DNA of 48,155 nucleotides, taken from Guillardia theta CCMP2712 (lineage: Eukaryota; Protista; Cryptophyta). The position numbers and the translations under genes were made by a program. Positions within the stretch are counted from its first letter, which is position 1. Every line of letters starts with the position of its first letter. The stretch lies in the NCBI RefSeq assembly GCF_000315625.1, contig NW_005434544.1:136244-184398 (forward strand). Reading direction: 5' to 3'. Below are positions 1 to 11,845 of this stretch, one piece after another. Below the pieces are notes generated by a model. The model saw only the letters and a list, made by a program, of their open reading frames with translations, ran no database searches and had not been told where the DNA came from.

Positions 1-8
1 CGTCCTAG

Positions 9-1548
9 TCGGCTCCGTCTGCTGTCTTCCTTGCTCACGGCACCCCGCTGGTGTCTGTCTTTCACTTGCCGTTCATGTTAGTCTTTCTGCCTCCTCCTCC
101 TCCTCCTCCTCCTCCTCCTCCTCCTCCTCCTCCTCCTCCTCCTCCTCCTGCTACTACTTCTACTACCTCCCACCTCCTACCGCCCGATCCTCTTCGCCTG
201 CTCCTCCTCCTCCCCTTTCTTCCCTCTTCCTCCTCCCTGACTTCCCACAGGACGCGCTCGTTTGCCGCCCATCCCTTCCGCACCAACCTCATCATGTACA
301 TCCTCTGGCCGCTCTGCCTCCCCCTCCTCCTCGTTATCCGCCTCATCGGCCGCGTCTTCATCGCGGACAAGCACAAGCTCCTTCAGCATCGCATCGAGAC
401 CTGGGTCACCCCGGCCTTTGCCATGGAGTTCTTCTTCCGCAGCCAGTGGCCCCGCATCAACAGCTACATCGAGGACGCGATCATGTCGGCAGACGCGGCA
501 GGCGTGAAGGTCTTCGGCCTCGGAGCTCTCAACAAGAACGAGGCGCTAAACGGAGGAGGCTCGCTCTTCGTCAAGAAGCATCCTGACCTCCGCCTCCGTC
601 TCGTCCATGGCAACACGCTCACTGCCGCCGCCGTCCTCCACAAGATCCCCAGGGGAGTGGAGGAGGCGTTTGTGGTGGGAGCGACGTCCAAGTTGGGACG
701 GGCGATCTCCCTGTACCTGGCGAGGAAGGGGGTCAAGGTCACGATGATGACGCAGTCACGCGAGAGGTTCGAGGGCATCAGGTCAGACTGCCCGGCCGCC
801 TACAGGGGGAACTTGAAGCATTCGCTGAGCATCGAGGACGGGAGGAACTGCTCCTGCTGGGTCGTTGGGAGGTTCTTGACCCCCGCAGAGCAGAAGGTTC
901 CTACCACTCCTCCTTCCTCTCCCTCTCGTCCTTCTTCCTCCCTCTCCATGCACTTGCTCTTCCCCAACTTCCTCCTCCCCCTCCCCCTACCCTCTCACTT
1001 CCCCCTCCTCCTCCTCCTCCCCCTCCTCCAGCCTCTGACCGGTCTTCAGGTCGCTCCCCGCGGCACGACCTTCCATCAGTTCGTCGTTCCTCCTCTCCCA
1101 GAGCTCCGCAAGGATTGCAGCTACACTTCCCTCCCCGCCTTCACTCTCCCCGACTCCGCCACCGGCTTTCGCAGCTGCGAGATGACGATGGAGCGAAGGA
1201 ATGTGCATGCCTGCCATGCCGGGGCCCTCGTGCATCTGCTGGAGGGATGGACACACCATGAGGTGAGAGGAGGGGGGAGAAAGGGGAGGGGAGGGGAGGG
1301 GAGGGGAGGGGAGAGAGGTAGAGCACGCGAGAAGGGAAGAGGAGGGAGAGTGCTGGCAGTGTGGGATGGGCGGGAAGCGAGAAGCGAGAAGCGAGAAGCG
1401 AGGAGATTACTGAAGGGGGAGGAAGGGGAGGAGGAAGAGCTGAGCATGGCGGCAGGTGGGAGCGATCGATCCGGATCGGATCGACGTGACGTGGGAGGCG
1501 GCTGAGCGGCATGGCTTCCGTCTCGTACCGGACAAGAAAATTTGCTAG
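9..1548 (+). CDS. CER3/CER1-family (WAX2 C-terminal domain) very-long-chain acyl-CoA reductase/alkane-forming protein; 5'-partial, 4 exons (9-76, 251-896, 1050-1262, 1456-1548)
   Basis: Spliced translation gives AVFLAHG..FHLPFMTRSFAAHPF, GVKVFGLGALNKNEALNGGG, VHGNTLTAA, GATSKLGRAISLYL, FHQFVVPP and [41 protein letters not shown], all hallmark plant CER3/WAX2 motifs. GT-AG introns keep the frame and TAG is at 1546-1548. Confidence 0.92.
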
Positions 1549-1715
1549 AAGACATGTACGATATCGTTTTTCACACACAGTAGTAGTAAGAGGAGGACAG
1601 AGAGGAGGAGGAGGAGGAGGAGGAGGAGGAGGAGGAGGAGCGGGAAGAGCTCTACCACGATTTATTGATTATTCATGTGCTGTCCTTCACGATGGGTAAA
1701 GCTCGTGTATCACGA

Positions 1716-4700
1716 CTAGACTCTCAGTTCTTCCTCTTCTTCTTCTTCTCTCCTTCCCCTTCGACTGCTTCCCTCCCTGAAGTTCAGGTCACTCACACAA
1801 CTTGCTGTCACCTCTCTTGCTCCCCTCCCCTCCCCTCTACTGCCCTCCCTCCCCTCTCCTCTTCCCTCTCTTCTTCCCTCTCCCTCTCGCTCCTCCTCAC
1901 CTTAGCCGCCACGTCTCTTGCTCGCATTCCTCGCTTGTCCTTCGCTTCGGCATCACAACCCGCGCTGAAGGGCAAAGTAAGAAAACAACATCCCCTCCTC
2001 GTCCCCGTCTCCTCCTTCCCTGCTCTCCCCGCTGCTCTCCCCACTGCTCTCCCCTCGTCCTTCACTTACTCGAGCAAGATTTTCCTCATCTCAGGCCGTT
2101 GGAACTCATAAGCCCACCACAGAGGTCCTCGTCCGTCCTCAGCTCTCACGTGAACCTGTCCACTGTCAGTCTCCTCTAACCCCTCCTCCTCCTCTTCAGG
2201 TTTCCTACCACTGTCGGCGCCGCCTTCACGAGGGCTCGCATGGTCCTCACGTCGTTGTTTCGGATGATGGCCCACATCTGAGTCGTCAGCTCCGTGTTCT
2301 CCCAGCTCGCCGACGCCTTGCTCTTGGGTGCGTACGCTGCCAGGTACCTGCCCTTCTCTTCAGTCGCCTGCTCCTGCTCCTGCTCCTGCTCCTGCGCCTC
2401 CCTTTCCTCCTGAATGCCTTTCTCCTTACCCCTGCTCCTTCCCTTCCCACCTTCTTTTCCATCCTCCTCCTCCTCCTCTACCTGATGGTGGCATCCTCGT
2501 CTTCTTCACTGATCGCCTCTCCGTTCATTCTCGACATGTATTGTTTCTATGCTTTCAGTCAGCATCCGCAAAGCATATAGACCAATCCTCCTCCTCCTCN
2601 NNNNNNNNNNNNNNNNNNNNNNNNNNNNNNNNNNNNNNNNNNNNNNNNNNNNNNNNNNNNNNNNNNNNNNNNNNNNNNNNNNNNNNNNNNNNNNNNNNNT
2701 GTACTCAGAGTCTCCTCCTCCACGGTTGAAGTCTTCAAGCTGCGACATCCGTCAGCCAAAGTCAAAGCCTTCAACAAAGCTTCTTCCTCCTCACAACCGT
2801 CTACTAACTGCTCTCCTTCCTCCTCCTCCCNNNNNNNNNNNNNNNNNNNNNNNNNNNNNNNNNNNNNNNNNNNNNNNNNNNNNNNNNNNNNNNNNNNNNN
2901 NNNNNNNNNNNNNNNNNNNNNNNNNNNNNNAGAGAGGGAGAGAGAGAGAGTCAGCATTTTTCTCCACTTGCCCCTGTCCCTCTTACCGATGGTGGCGATG
3001 TGCTCGTGGTTCCATGTGTTGCCGTCTGCCAAGGTCGTTCGCTCGCCGATGCCAGTGATCTGCACGAGTTCCGATCACCACCAGCATGCTCGTGCTCCGA
3101 GAACAGGACGAGGGGAGGAGGGGGAGGACGAGGACGAGGGAAAGGCACCTCTCCCCGCTATCCTTCCTCCTCCCCCCTTTTCACCTTCTTATTCACCTCC
3201 TCTCCTTAACTTCCACCTATTTTCAGATTCTCTTGTCCTCTATCTTCGCCTCTGCTCTGCTCTGTTGTGCTCTCCTTCCTTTCCTTTCCACTCCGTACCT
3301 GATAACCGTAGTCCCACCATGCCATCACTCTTGCCTCCTTGGGGGTCTTATCTCTCAACCAGTAGTATGCCTGTTCTCTCGGTCAGCTCCCCCTCCCCCT
3401 CCCCCCAAAAAACCCTTTTCCTCCTCCTCCATTACCTCCAGGTAGTCGTTGACCACCACAACCTGCCCGTTGTTCGTGTGGGCCTGCGGCTGGTCAGACC
3501 TGCACCTGGGCGTCTGGTGGGGAACACCTTGAAGACGATGGAGGGGTTGGACATGCCGTGAGCGAGCTGATGGCAGTAGCTTTTGAACTCGAGCGCGTAG
3601 GGTCTCAGGTAGTAGACGAAGAAGATGGCGAAGACGATACGGGCAATCTTGGCCGGGAAGCTCTCGTAGAAGACCGAAGACAAGCTCTCCCCCTATAGAG
3701 ATCGAAGAGTGAGAAGGAATTTGAAGTGGAAGGAGAGGAGCAAGATGAGTGAGGACGGACAGGGTGCGAGGAGAGTGAGGCGGAGGGAAAGGGATCTATT
3801 CAACAAGAAACATGAGGGAAACAAAATGACTCGTGGAGGAAGTGGGAAGGGTAGATGGGGAGTGAGGAGTGGGGAGGAGAGATGAAAGGAACAGGAGAGG
3901 AAGAGGAGGGGGAGAGGAGAGGGAGTTACCATGCTGTACATCTGGTTGAACTGCTCCTTAGTCGATTCGCTGAGCCAGGAGGCGCGTGATGCTCCTTTCT
4001 TTGCCTTGCCTGACTTCTTCTGCTCTCACACTCTCAGTCTCACTTCTCCTGCCTCTCTGGCCTCCTACCTTGTCCTGGTCCGACTCCTCACCTGCGGTAG
4101 GGGGGAGAAGGTCAGATCGTGAGCATGCGAAGATAAAGAGAAAGAGAACCGGCAGCAGCATCCTTGGAGTCCTAGCACGCCCGTAAGATGGAACATAAGG
4201 TGCAGGAGCACAAACGTACCTCAGTCTCCTTGCTCGGTGAATCATCCAAAAACCAGAGCAACAGGCAGAGCTGTGGGTGAAAGTTAGGACGTGCTTGTCT
4301 GGCCTCCATTCTCCTCCTCCATCTCCGCTGCCGCCGCCCTCTTCTTCCTCCCTCCTGCTTCCTGCCTCCTCCTGCTTACCTGGTGAACTCCCCACTCGCC
4401 GAAAGCTCCAAGCGCAATGCCGGCAAGGGCAGAAGTGATGGGACCCATGAGAAGCACCAAACGAACCTGCTCGTGGTTGAGAAGAAACAAGGATGAAGGA
4501 AAGGAACGAGCGAGGGGGGAGAGGCTGAGAAAGAGGGCGTGACAGAGAGGAGGGAGTGAAGGAAATTAGGAGAGTCTGAGGAGGGAGGAAGCCAAGGAGA
4601 GAGAGGGAGAGAGAGGGAGAGAGAGAGGGAGAGAGAGAGATACACAGCAGGAGGAAGGGGAAGGGAAGGGGGAGGAGTTTCACCATTTTCAAGGAAAAGA

Positions 4701-6544
4701 AGTAGCCGATGATTCCGTAGAGGACCAAGAAGAACTTCGCGTCAGCTCGGCAGTTCCACCACCACTCCGAGGCCCCGCACATCTTCGACACCTTGGCGAT
4801 AGGGGAGACGCGGGCGAGGCAGATCAGGAAGCCAATGGGGGCCCAGTAGCAGGCGTAGTGGAGGTACTGCCAGTAGGCCTGCTGGCTGGCTGGCTGGTGC
4901 TCAGCCACTGAGTCAACGAGTGGATTTCCCGTCCTGGTGTGCTGCACGAAGAGGCCGCGAACACGGGCGGAAAGGGGCCCGAAGTAGCCCGTGGGGTACA
5001 GGAGCATAGCAACGCCAGCCAGGGCAGCAGCGACGACGGAGAAGGAGGCAATGCGGAGCTTGAACTGTCAAGAGAGGAGGGTAAGTGTCGGAAGTTGGAG
5101 GAGAGCGAGGGTTGATGTGGAGGACTGGAAGCTGGGGATGGGAGACAACCAGGCATTACAGGATGACAAGACAGGAAGGATGTGGAGAGAGGGAGAGAAA
5201 GAGGAGACGGGCAGTAGGGAGAGAGGGGAAGAAGCAGAGGGGGATGTCGCCTCGTACAGTTTGCAAGCTCGTCAGCCCTTTCTTGCGCCGTTGGATCTCA
5301 CAGAACTCAAGCACCTGCTCCCCGTCAGAGGTGTCCCATGCTCTCAAACCACACCCTCCTCACCTGCATGATGACAAACACACCGAAGGGACCCAACTGC
5401 TCCAAGCTCTTCAGCGGCGACAATCCCACCACGGGAACCCTGGTGGCTCCAGCGGTTCCGATGACGTAGAAGAGGGTGTAAGCCCTGTGAAGCTTCGAGG
5501 TGAAGCATCCAGTGAAGACGACGGCAATCGCGTGAGCACCGACCATGTTGAGGACGAAGATGTAGCCTCCCCACACCATAACCTGACAAGACATGTTAAC
5601 CCACTTGTTTGCCTTCCTTCGTCTTCGCCGGCAGCTCTCACCATGTACACGTACGCCAGACCGGCAAATGCTCCAATCCACCACGAGTTGTCGTTGCGCA
5701 ACGAGCGGCACCAGAAATAGAAGGTCATGCACATGGCAGTGATAGCCACGCTCTCGTTGTCGTATCCTCCTGCTACTGATCGCATGATGTGCGCAGGGAT
5801 GATCGACATGAACTGTCATAACGTTGAGGATCAGCTATAACTTCTCCTGAGAAAATAGGAAGCGAACCAGCGCGGCTGCCGTTCCTGCCGCCATGAAGCC
5901 AGCGCACTCCCAGGTCAACAAGGCCAGGAAGGTTGTGGCTACAACACCGAACCTTGACAAAATTTGTCATTGGACCAACAAGGTGAAATGACTCTCACCA
6001 TGCAGGAACATACACGCAAACATCGTTCAAGGACATGTTGATGCCAAACCAGGGCAAGACCTAGCGTCGACACGAGCGTTTCAGTGAGAAGCAGGCAACT
6101 CTTCGATCCCTCATCACCTTCCAGATCACCACCGAGGTGATCTGCATTCCCGGATAGATGGTGGTTCCGACCGGTCGACCCACTGGATACCAACTCATGT
6201 AATCGTACCTGCGACGGGTCAGCCATTAGAACGCTACTCTCAGAGAAGTAAACCAATGAAAGAAGGCCGTCCATCCATTCTCAGCCAGGTACTTGGTCGC
6301 ACGGAAGTTGAACCTGAAGCAACGTCAGGCATCCAGCAGGGACCGCCGTCTCATGTCACCATGGATCGAACTCGTGGATGAGTAGACCATACTCCTTGAC
6401 AGCATAAAGACGAATGTTGAACGCCTCTCTGCATGCGTAGATGAACATCTGCACCAAAAGTCACATCGCACGGCAGGCCTGGATGCGTCTCACCGAGATC
6501 TGGGCAGCGACCCATGCAACCCAAACGACCGTTGGCATGGCCAT
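1716..6544 (-). CDS. STT3: Oligosaccharyltransferase catalytic subunit STT3 (multi-exon, spans two gaps), with an apparent C-terminal ankyrin-like extension
   Basis: Motifs IHEFDPWFNFRAT (~6300-6390), [39 protein letters not shown] (~3300-3325), [26 protein letters not shown] and LEDFNRGG (between the gaps). Start and last exon are approximate. Confidence 0.95.
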
Positions 6545-7389
6545 GTTGAAGACTGCAAGAAAGATATGGTGAGAATGAGGGGGAATACGACCTCATGCAA
6601 TATGGAAAATATGTATTTCGATCCTTGGGACAAAGGAGATAGAGGAAAGGCAAGCTCAAGCTCTACGAGGCGTTCTAGTTCTCAGAGTAGGAAGTAAAAA
6701 GTACGACCATTATCAGGCATTCAAGACCATGCCAAACAAGGCGAGAGGAAAGAGGAGGAGGAAATCGACGAGTGTTACAAAAAGGTAAGGGAAGGCAAAG
6801 AGGATTTCAGGACAAGGGGTGAACATCTACCAAAAATAAGGACTAGTATGTTAAGATGCGTGGGGTGCAGAAAGAGCAAGTGTATGAGAATGAAGGGAAA
6901 ACCTGATCATAAGAAGCAGGAAAGAAGACAAAGAAAGAGGAGGCAATGGATTGAGAGGTGTGGAAAGATGTAGTGGAGCGAGAAGATAAGAGACAAGAAG
7001 GAAGTCGACGATGAGGAGGAAGACGAAGACGAAGACGAAGACGAAGACGAAGGGGAGCATAAGGACGAGAAGGATGATCAAGACGAGGAGGAGGATGACG
7101 AAGAGGAGGGAGCAGAGGCAAGGTCGAGGAGCAGCCATCGTTGTTGGTTCTCAAACATCCATAGAGCCTTCGGCGTGCGCGGAGAATCAGGGGGACAAGG
7201 GGGGTTCGATAGGAACCCTGAGATCTCAGGGGGGTAGGGTACATAAAGTACCCGTATTTTTCATTAAGTAATGGGGTACTTTTGGGTCCGATCATGCCTT
7301 GGACACCTCTGTCAACGGGTAACATGGTGGGGAGTGGAGAAAAGTGGGGGTAGGGGTGGTCAAGGCCACATCACCCAATGCCGGGAAAC

Positions 7390-7850
7390 TACTCGCCGAC
7401 GAAGCCTCAGTCACGGCCACGGTTGCTCAGCTGAGCCGGGCCCTGCTAGGCCCTGCCGGCCGCTAGCCGCGCGGCCCCCCGGGCCGGGCACCGTGGCAGA
7501 GGGCGCTGAGACGTGGCCGCGGCCCCGGCCCGCCCAGTCACTGAGTGCCGCGGCCCCGCGGGCAACCCGGCCGCAGCCTGCGGCCCGGCTGTGCATTATC
7601 CGAATCACGGGCCCGACGGGTTGTGAGTGACAGTCGGAAGCCAGACACCGAGCGGCCGTGACTCACTGTCAGTGAGAACCGCCGGGGTGACCGGGGGAAT
7701 TCGCCCCGGGGGCTCCGGCCGCATCCCCCCTCCCAACCCCCGGACGGCCTCACTGCCGTAACCAGCTCAGTAACTAAAGAGGCTCGATGGACAGACAGTC
7801 CTGTATCACTGCCGCTGGACCCTTAAAACTAGCCTGAGTCACGGTTTGAT
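7390..7850. other. GC-rich palindrome-dense intergenic island 1
   Basis: Dense GGCC/CCGG/GGGCCC and CTCAG/CTGAG/GTCAC/GTGAC/GAGTC words, with no spliced-gene signature. Confidence 0.6.
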
Positions 7851-8016
7851 ACGAGATATTCACATCGGGGTTAAGCAAGCACACGGGTTGGTGACTGTAA
7901 AGTACAAGAATGTAGTTCGATCTTTCATGCGCCTCCCCTCCCCTCGTTCGTCTTGTTGGTGTTCCTGGGCAGCTCTCTGACCTCCCTGGCAGCTCAAAGT
8001 CCGACGGCCCTCAAGT

Positions 8017-10849
8017 CTAGGCATTGACGGCCTTGGCGGCTCTGATCAGCTCTTGCGCGTGCTCGAGCGCCTGCGGATGAGGTCAGGCGAGGAGCGAGAC
8101 TGAGCACCTGCCTTGAGGTCCCCGGGCAGATCGCGCTTGACCATCTTGACCAGCTCCGCTTCATGCGCCTCCAACTTCGACTGCAGCAGATCCGTGAGGG
8201 GAGAGGAGAGATGAGCAGAGGAGGAAGAGAACATAACATGCCTGGAGCTTAGACAACATGTCGAGCGATGATGCTGATGCCTTGCTGCCAAACCTGGCTT
8301 GCCATGTCAGATACATCGAAGGCAACAAGCAGGAGCGACCCGATGGTAGCCCATAAGTGCCGCAGCAAACCCTGAAAGCAAGTCACGCGAGCGACCCTCC
8401 TGCCGCCCTCACCTTGATGACGCTCTCCTTCTTCCTCACGTCCTCCCCGATGGGCTCAGCTCGTGACCCCCTCCCGCTCTTGCCTGCGGGGAGCGCATTG
8501 AGGTCGCTGAAGCCGGCAGGCGACGGAGCGACGGATCGGCGAGACTTAATCTTCCACTCCTCGACGGGGCTGGAGGAGGAGAGCTCTCCGTTCCCCCGCC
8601 TCTCCCTGCTGGCCCCGTTCTCCTTAGTACGCGAGCCCTTGGCTAAGATCTGCATCTTGTCCACCTTCAACTCTCGTCCCGTCGCCCCCTCCCTCGTGTA
8701 CATGTCGCTCTCTCGGAACGCTCCACCTAGCGACTCCTGCCAGCTTGCATGCGTCGAGCTGCCCGCACTGACCTGCGGCTCCTCCGCCCCATCCCGGGTG
8801 GCCTCCATGTCAGACTTCAAGGTCTCCACCACTGACGCCTGATGGCGATTCACTCGCTCTACCACCCGACTCGGATCGCTATTCTTGTCCGCTACGCTCC
8901 TCCCTGACCTCGCCTCCCACAGCAGCTTCTGCCTTTTTGTCACAGGGCCGCTCGCGAGCCCGGCCCCGCGCGGACCTCCGTAGAAGTCGCACAGAGGCAG
9001 GATGGCGGTTAGGTTGACGGACCTGTGCGCCTGCAGGATGCGGCATGAGTCTCAAGAGGAGAGAGGGAGAAGGATAAGGAGAGGAGGGATGGGATGGGAT
9101 GGGATGGGAGGGGAGAGATGTCACCTGACAAAGGGCTCTCTTCATCTTCTTCTGTTCATTCTGATTCGACAGGTTGTTCGCGTGCTCAAAGACCGGCTCA
9201 AAGATTTGCTGGTTCTTCGAATCCACCAGTCCCGTCTTGCCGTTCTCCAGATAATCGTAGAACCCAGTGAAGAAAGCCGTCCTCGATAGCTTCCCCGAAC
9301 CAACAAACTCCTCCTCCCTCGCCTTGAGGCTCGGGAAGTCGAGGTACAGCTTGTGGATCTGTCCCTCGTCCAGCGTCACCTTCACCTCCGTGTTGGTTCG
9401 AACCATGTCGGTCATGGTAGGGATCGCGGAGGGAACGGGAGGATCGATACGAGGAGGAGCACGACGGGAGGAGTCCAGTTTCTCCGTCCTCTGCCAGAAT
9501 TCTTCCTCGCTCATGATCCCGCTCTGCAGAGAAAATGATCACCCTGAACGAGAAGGAGAGGGAGAGAGTGAAGCACAGGGCGAGGAGGGAAAGTGAACAC
9601 GTGGAAGAGTGAGGTAAGGGAAAAGGATCTGGGTTCGACAGCTGTGCAAAGGGAAGGGAGGGAGGGAGGGAGGGAGGGAGGGAGGGAGGAGGTGGAGAAA
9701 CAGCAAGATCAGGTGCAGGGCAGGGTGGGGGTTGACGAGCAGCAGGGGAGAGGAGCAGGGAAGGACTTCACACCAGCACGAGCTCTTGTCGCAGTGCAAA
9801 CACGAAGTTATCCTTGCCGAGCTTCGCGATCGCCGCAGACGTCTTCTCCATCGCAAGCTTGTCGTTACCTTGTGTCGCCTGCCCCCCCCCGCCAGTTGTC
9901 GTAGCCGTCTTGGGCATGTGGGTGAGGATGGCGTTCTTCACGCTGTTCATTCTCCGCTCAGCATCTCCCTCAGCCTGAGCCCCCGTAAGAGAGCAAGACA
10001 AGGGGAGTGGCGGCTACTTGGGTGAAGTCAAAGATGACATCTTTCTTCGGTGGCCTGCAGCAGTCCGTCAGGTCGTGTTAGAGGTGGAAGAAGGAGGTAA
10101 ACAGACCTTCCTCGAACTTTGAGTAAGTACTTGCTCGTGCTTGCCATCGGCTTGAGCTGCATGTTCGTTAGCTACCTCCTGCTCCTTCGTCCTTCCCCTG
10201 CTCCTCCTCAAAATCGTTTCCTCCACACTACTTGCTTCCCACTCCTCCGCCTCCTCCCCAGCTCACCAAGTCTTCAGCTGGCCAGGTCACATTGAATTCA
10301 GAACTGTACCCGGGAGGAGTATCAGAACTTTGAAATGGCCAACAGCTCAGCAGACGTCACCTTGAGCAGGCAAAGGAGAAGCCTTGCTCGTTCACAGAGA
10401 TTGTTCCTTGTATCAATGGCCTGCAAACCACCCATGATCAGGCAAGCAGGATCGTTCTCCACTAGGTGATGTAGTGGTAGTTGCAAGGTTGATTGCAGTT
10501 GATGGTTGTGACGGTGATAGTGAAGGTGCGAGGAGGAGGTGGTTAAGGTAGTGATGGTGTAGTAAGTAGGTGGCGGTTGTAGTGGTTGTGGTGAAGGAGG
10601 AGGAGGGAGAGGAGATGAAGGTAGAGGAAGTAGTAGCAGAGGTAGGAGTAGTTGTGATAGTGGAGGAAGTGCAGGAGGTGGAGAGTAGATGGTGGTTGTG
10701 GAGTACGAGTAGGAGAAAGACAAGTACGAGTATGAGTATGAGGAAGGAGGAAGATACAGGAGGAGGAAGATGCAGGAGGAGATGCGGAGGAGGAGGAAGA
10801 TGCAGGAGGAGATACGGAGGAGGAGGAGGAGGAGGAGGAGGAGGAGGAG

Positions 10850-10884
<35 letters not shown>

Positions 10885-11014
10885 GGAGGAGGAGGAGGAG
10901 GAGGAAGGAGGAGGAGGAGGAGGAGGAGGAGGAGGAGGAGGAGGAGGAGGTTCCATGCTCTTACGCATCTTTCGGTCGTCCCTCCGCCCGCATCCATCCC
11001 TCTTCCGTCGCCAT
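8017..11014 (-). CDS. GTF2H1: TFIIH subunit 1 (p62/Tfb1)-like: PH-like N-terminus plus BSD-like domains
   Basis: Phase-compatible exons give MATEEGWMRAEGRPKDA-PLIQGTISVNEQGFSF..-LTNMQLKPMASTSKYLLKV (PH-like), then LRQELVL..IMSEEEFWQ and VTLDEGQIHKLYLDFPSLKAREEEFV..LSRTAFFTGFYDY (BSD-like). The sequence is divergent. The 3' end is ambiguous (8017 or 7994). Confidence 0.62.
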
Positions 11015-11178
11015 GAAGGATCCCAAAACAAAATTTCTATGGGGGGTAGGGGTACTCATGCCTTCCATACACCCAGGAAGTACCCACCTTTGGTATACAA
11101 AAGTTTGATAAAGTACCGGGTCCTCTAAGTTCTGTCGTAAGAAGGGGGTTATAACCGGCTTACCAAGGGTGGTCGACC
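11015..11178. promoter_or_regulatory. Probable compact bidirectional promoter (164 bp between divergent ATGs)
   Basis: Lies between inferred ATGs at 11014 (-) and 11179 (+) and contains GGGGTAGGGGTAC, GTACCCACC and GGGGGTT motifs. Confidence 0.55.
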
Positions 11179-11780
11179 ATGTCCAAGATGCATGGGCTGG
11201 CGTGTTTGCTCCGGGGAGGAGCGACGATAGCGAGAAGCAGGTGAGATGAAGAGATGAAGAGATGGAGAGATGGAGAGATGGAGAGATGAAGAGATGGAGA
11301 GATGGAGAGATGGAGAGATGAAGAGATGGAGAGATGAAGAGATGAAGAGATGGAGAGATGGAGAGATGGAGAGATGGAGAGATGAAGAGATGGAGAGATG
11401 AAGAGATGAAGAGATGGAGAGATGGAGAGATGAAGAGATGAAGAGATGAAGAGATGAAGAGATGATGAGCAATGATGATGATGACGACGATGACGACGAC
11501 GACGACGACGATGATGTTTGTTGGTGTTGGTGTTGGTGTTGGTGTTGGTGTTGGCAGTCAAGACGATGACGATGCTGATGATGATGACGACGATAATGAT
11601 GACTTAACTTTGATGATGTTTTTTGTTGGTGTTGGTGTTGGCAGTCAAGACGATGGTCAGCATTGTAGTATTGGTGCGATCAGGATGAGGTCAGGGAGCA
11701 GGGTGATTGGGAAGGAAGCAAGTACGTGTGATCCATGATGGTAGTCAAGTTGGGGAACGAGGAGAGCAGGGAGCGCAAGA

Positions 11781-11845
<65 letters not shown>

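Noticed and set aside
10954-11040. Alternative plus-strand presequence MLLRIFRSSLRP
   Set aside because: It overlaps the inferred first exon of the p62-like gene on the opposite strand. The exon at 11179-11240 has a better donor and the correct phase.
10413-11561. Long poly-P/G/R/S and SSLHL ORFs
   Set aside because: These are translations of intronic microsatellites. The same applies to 31579-32184 and 43278-44055.
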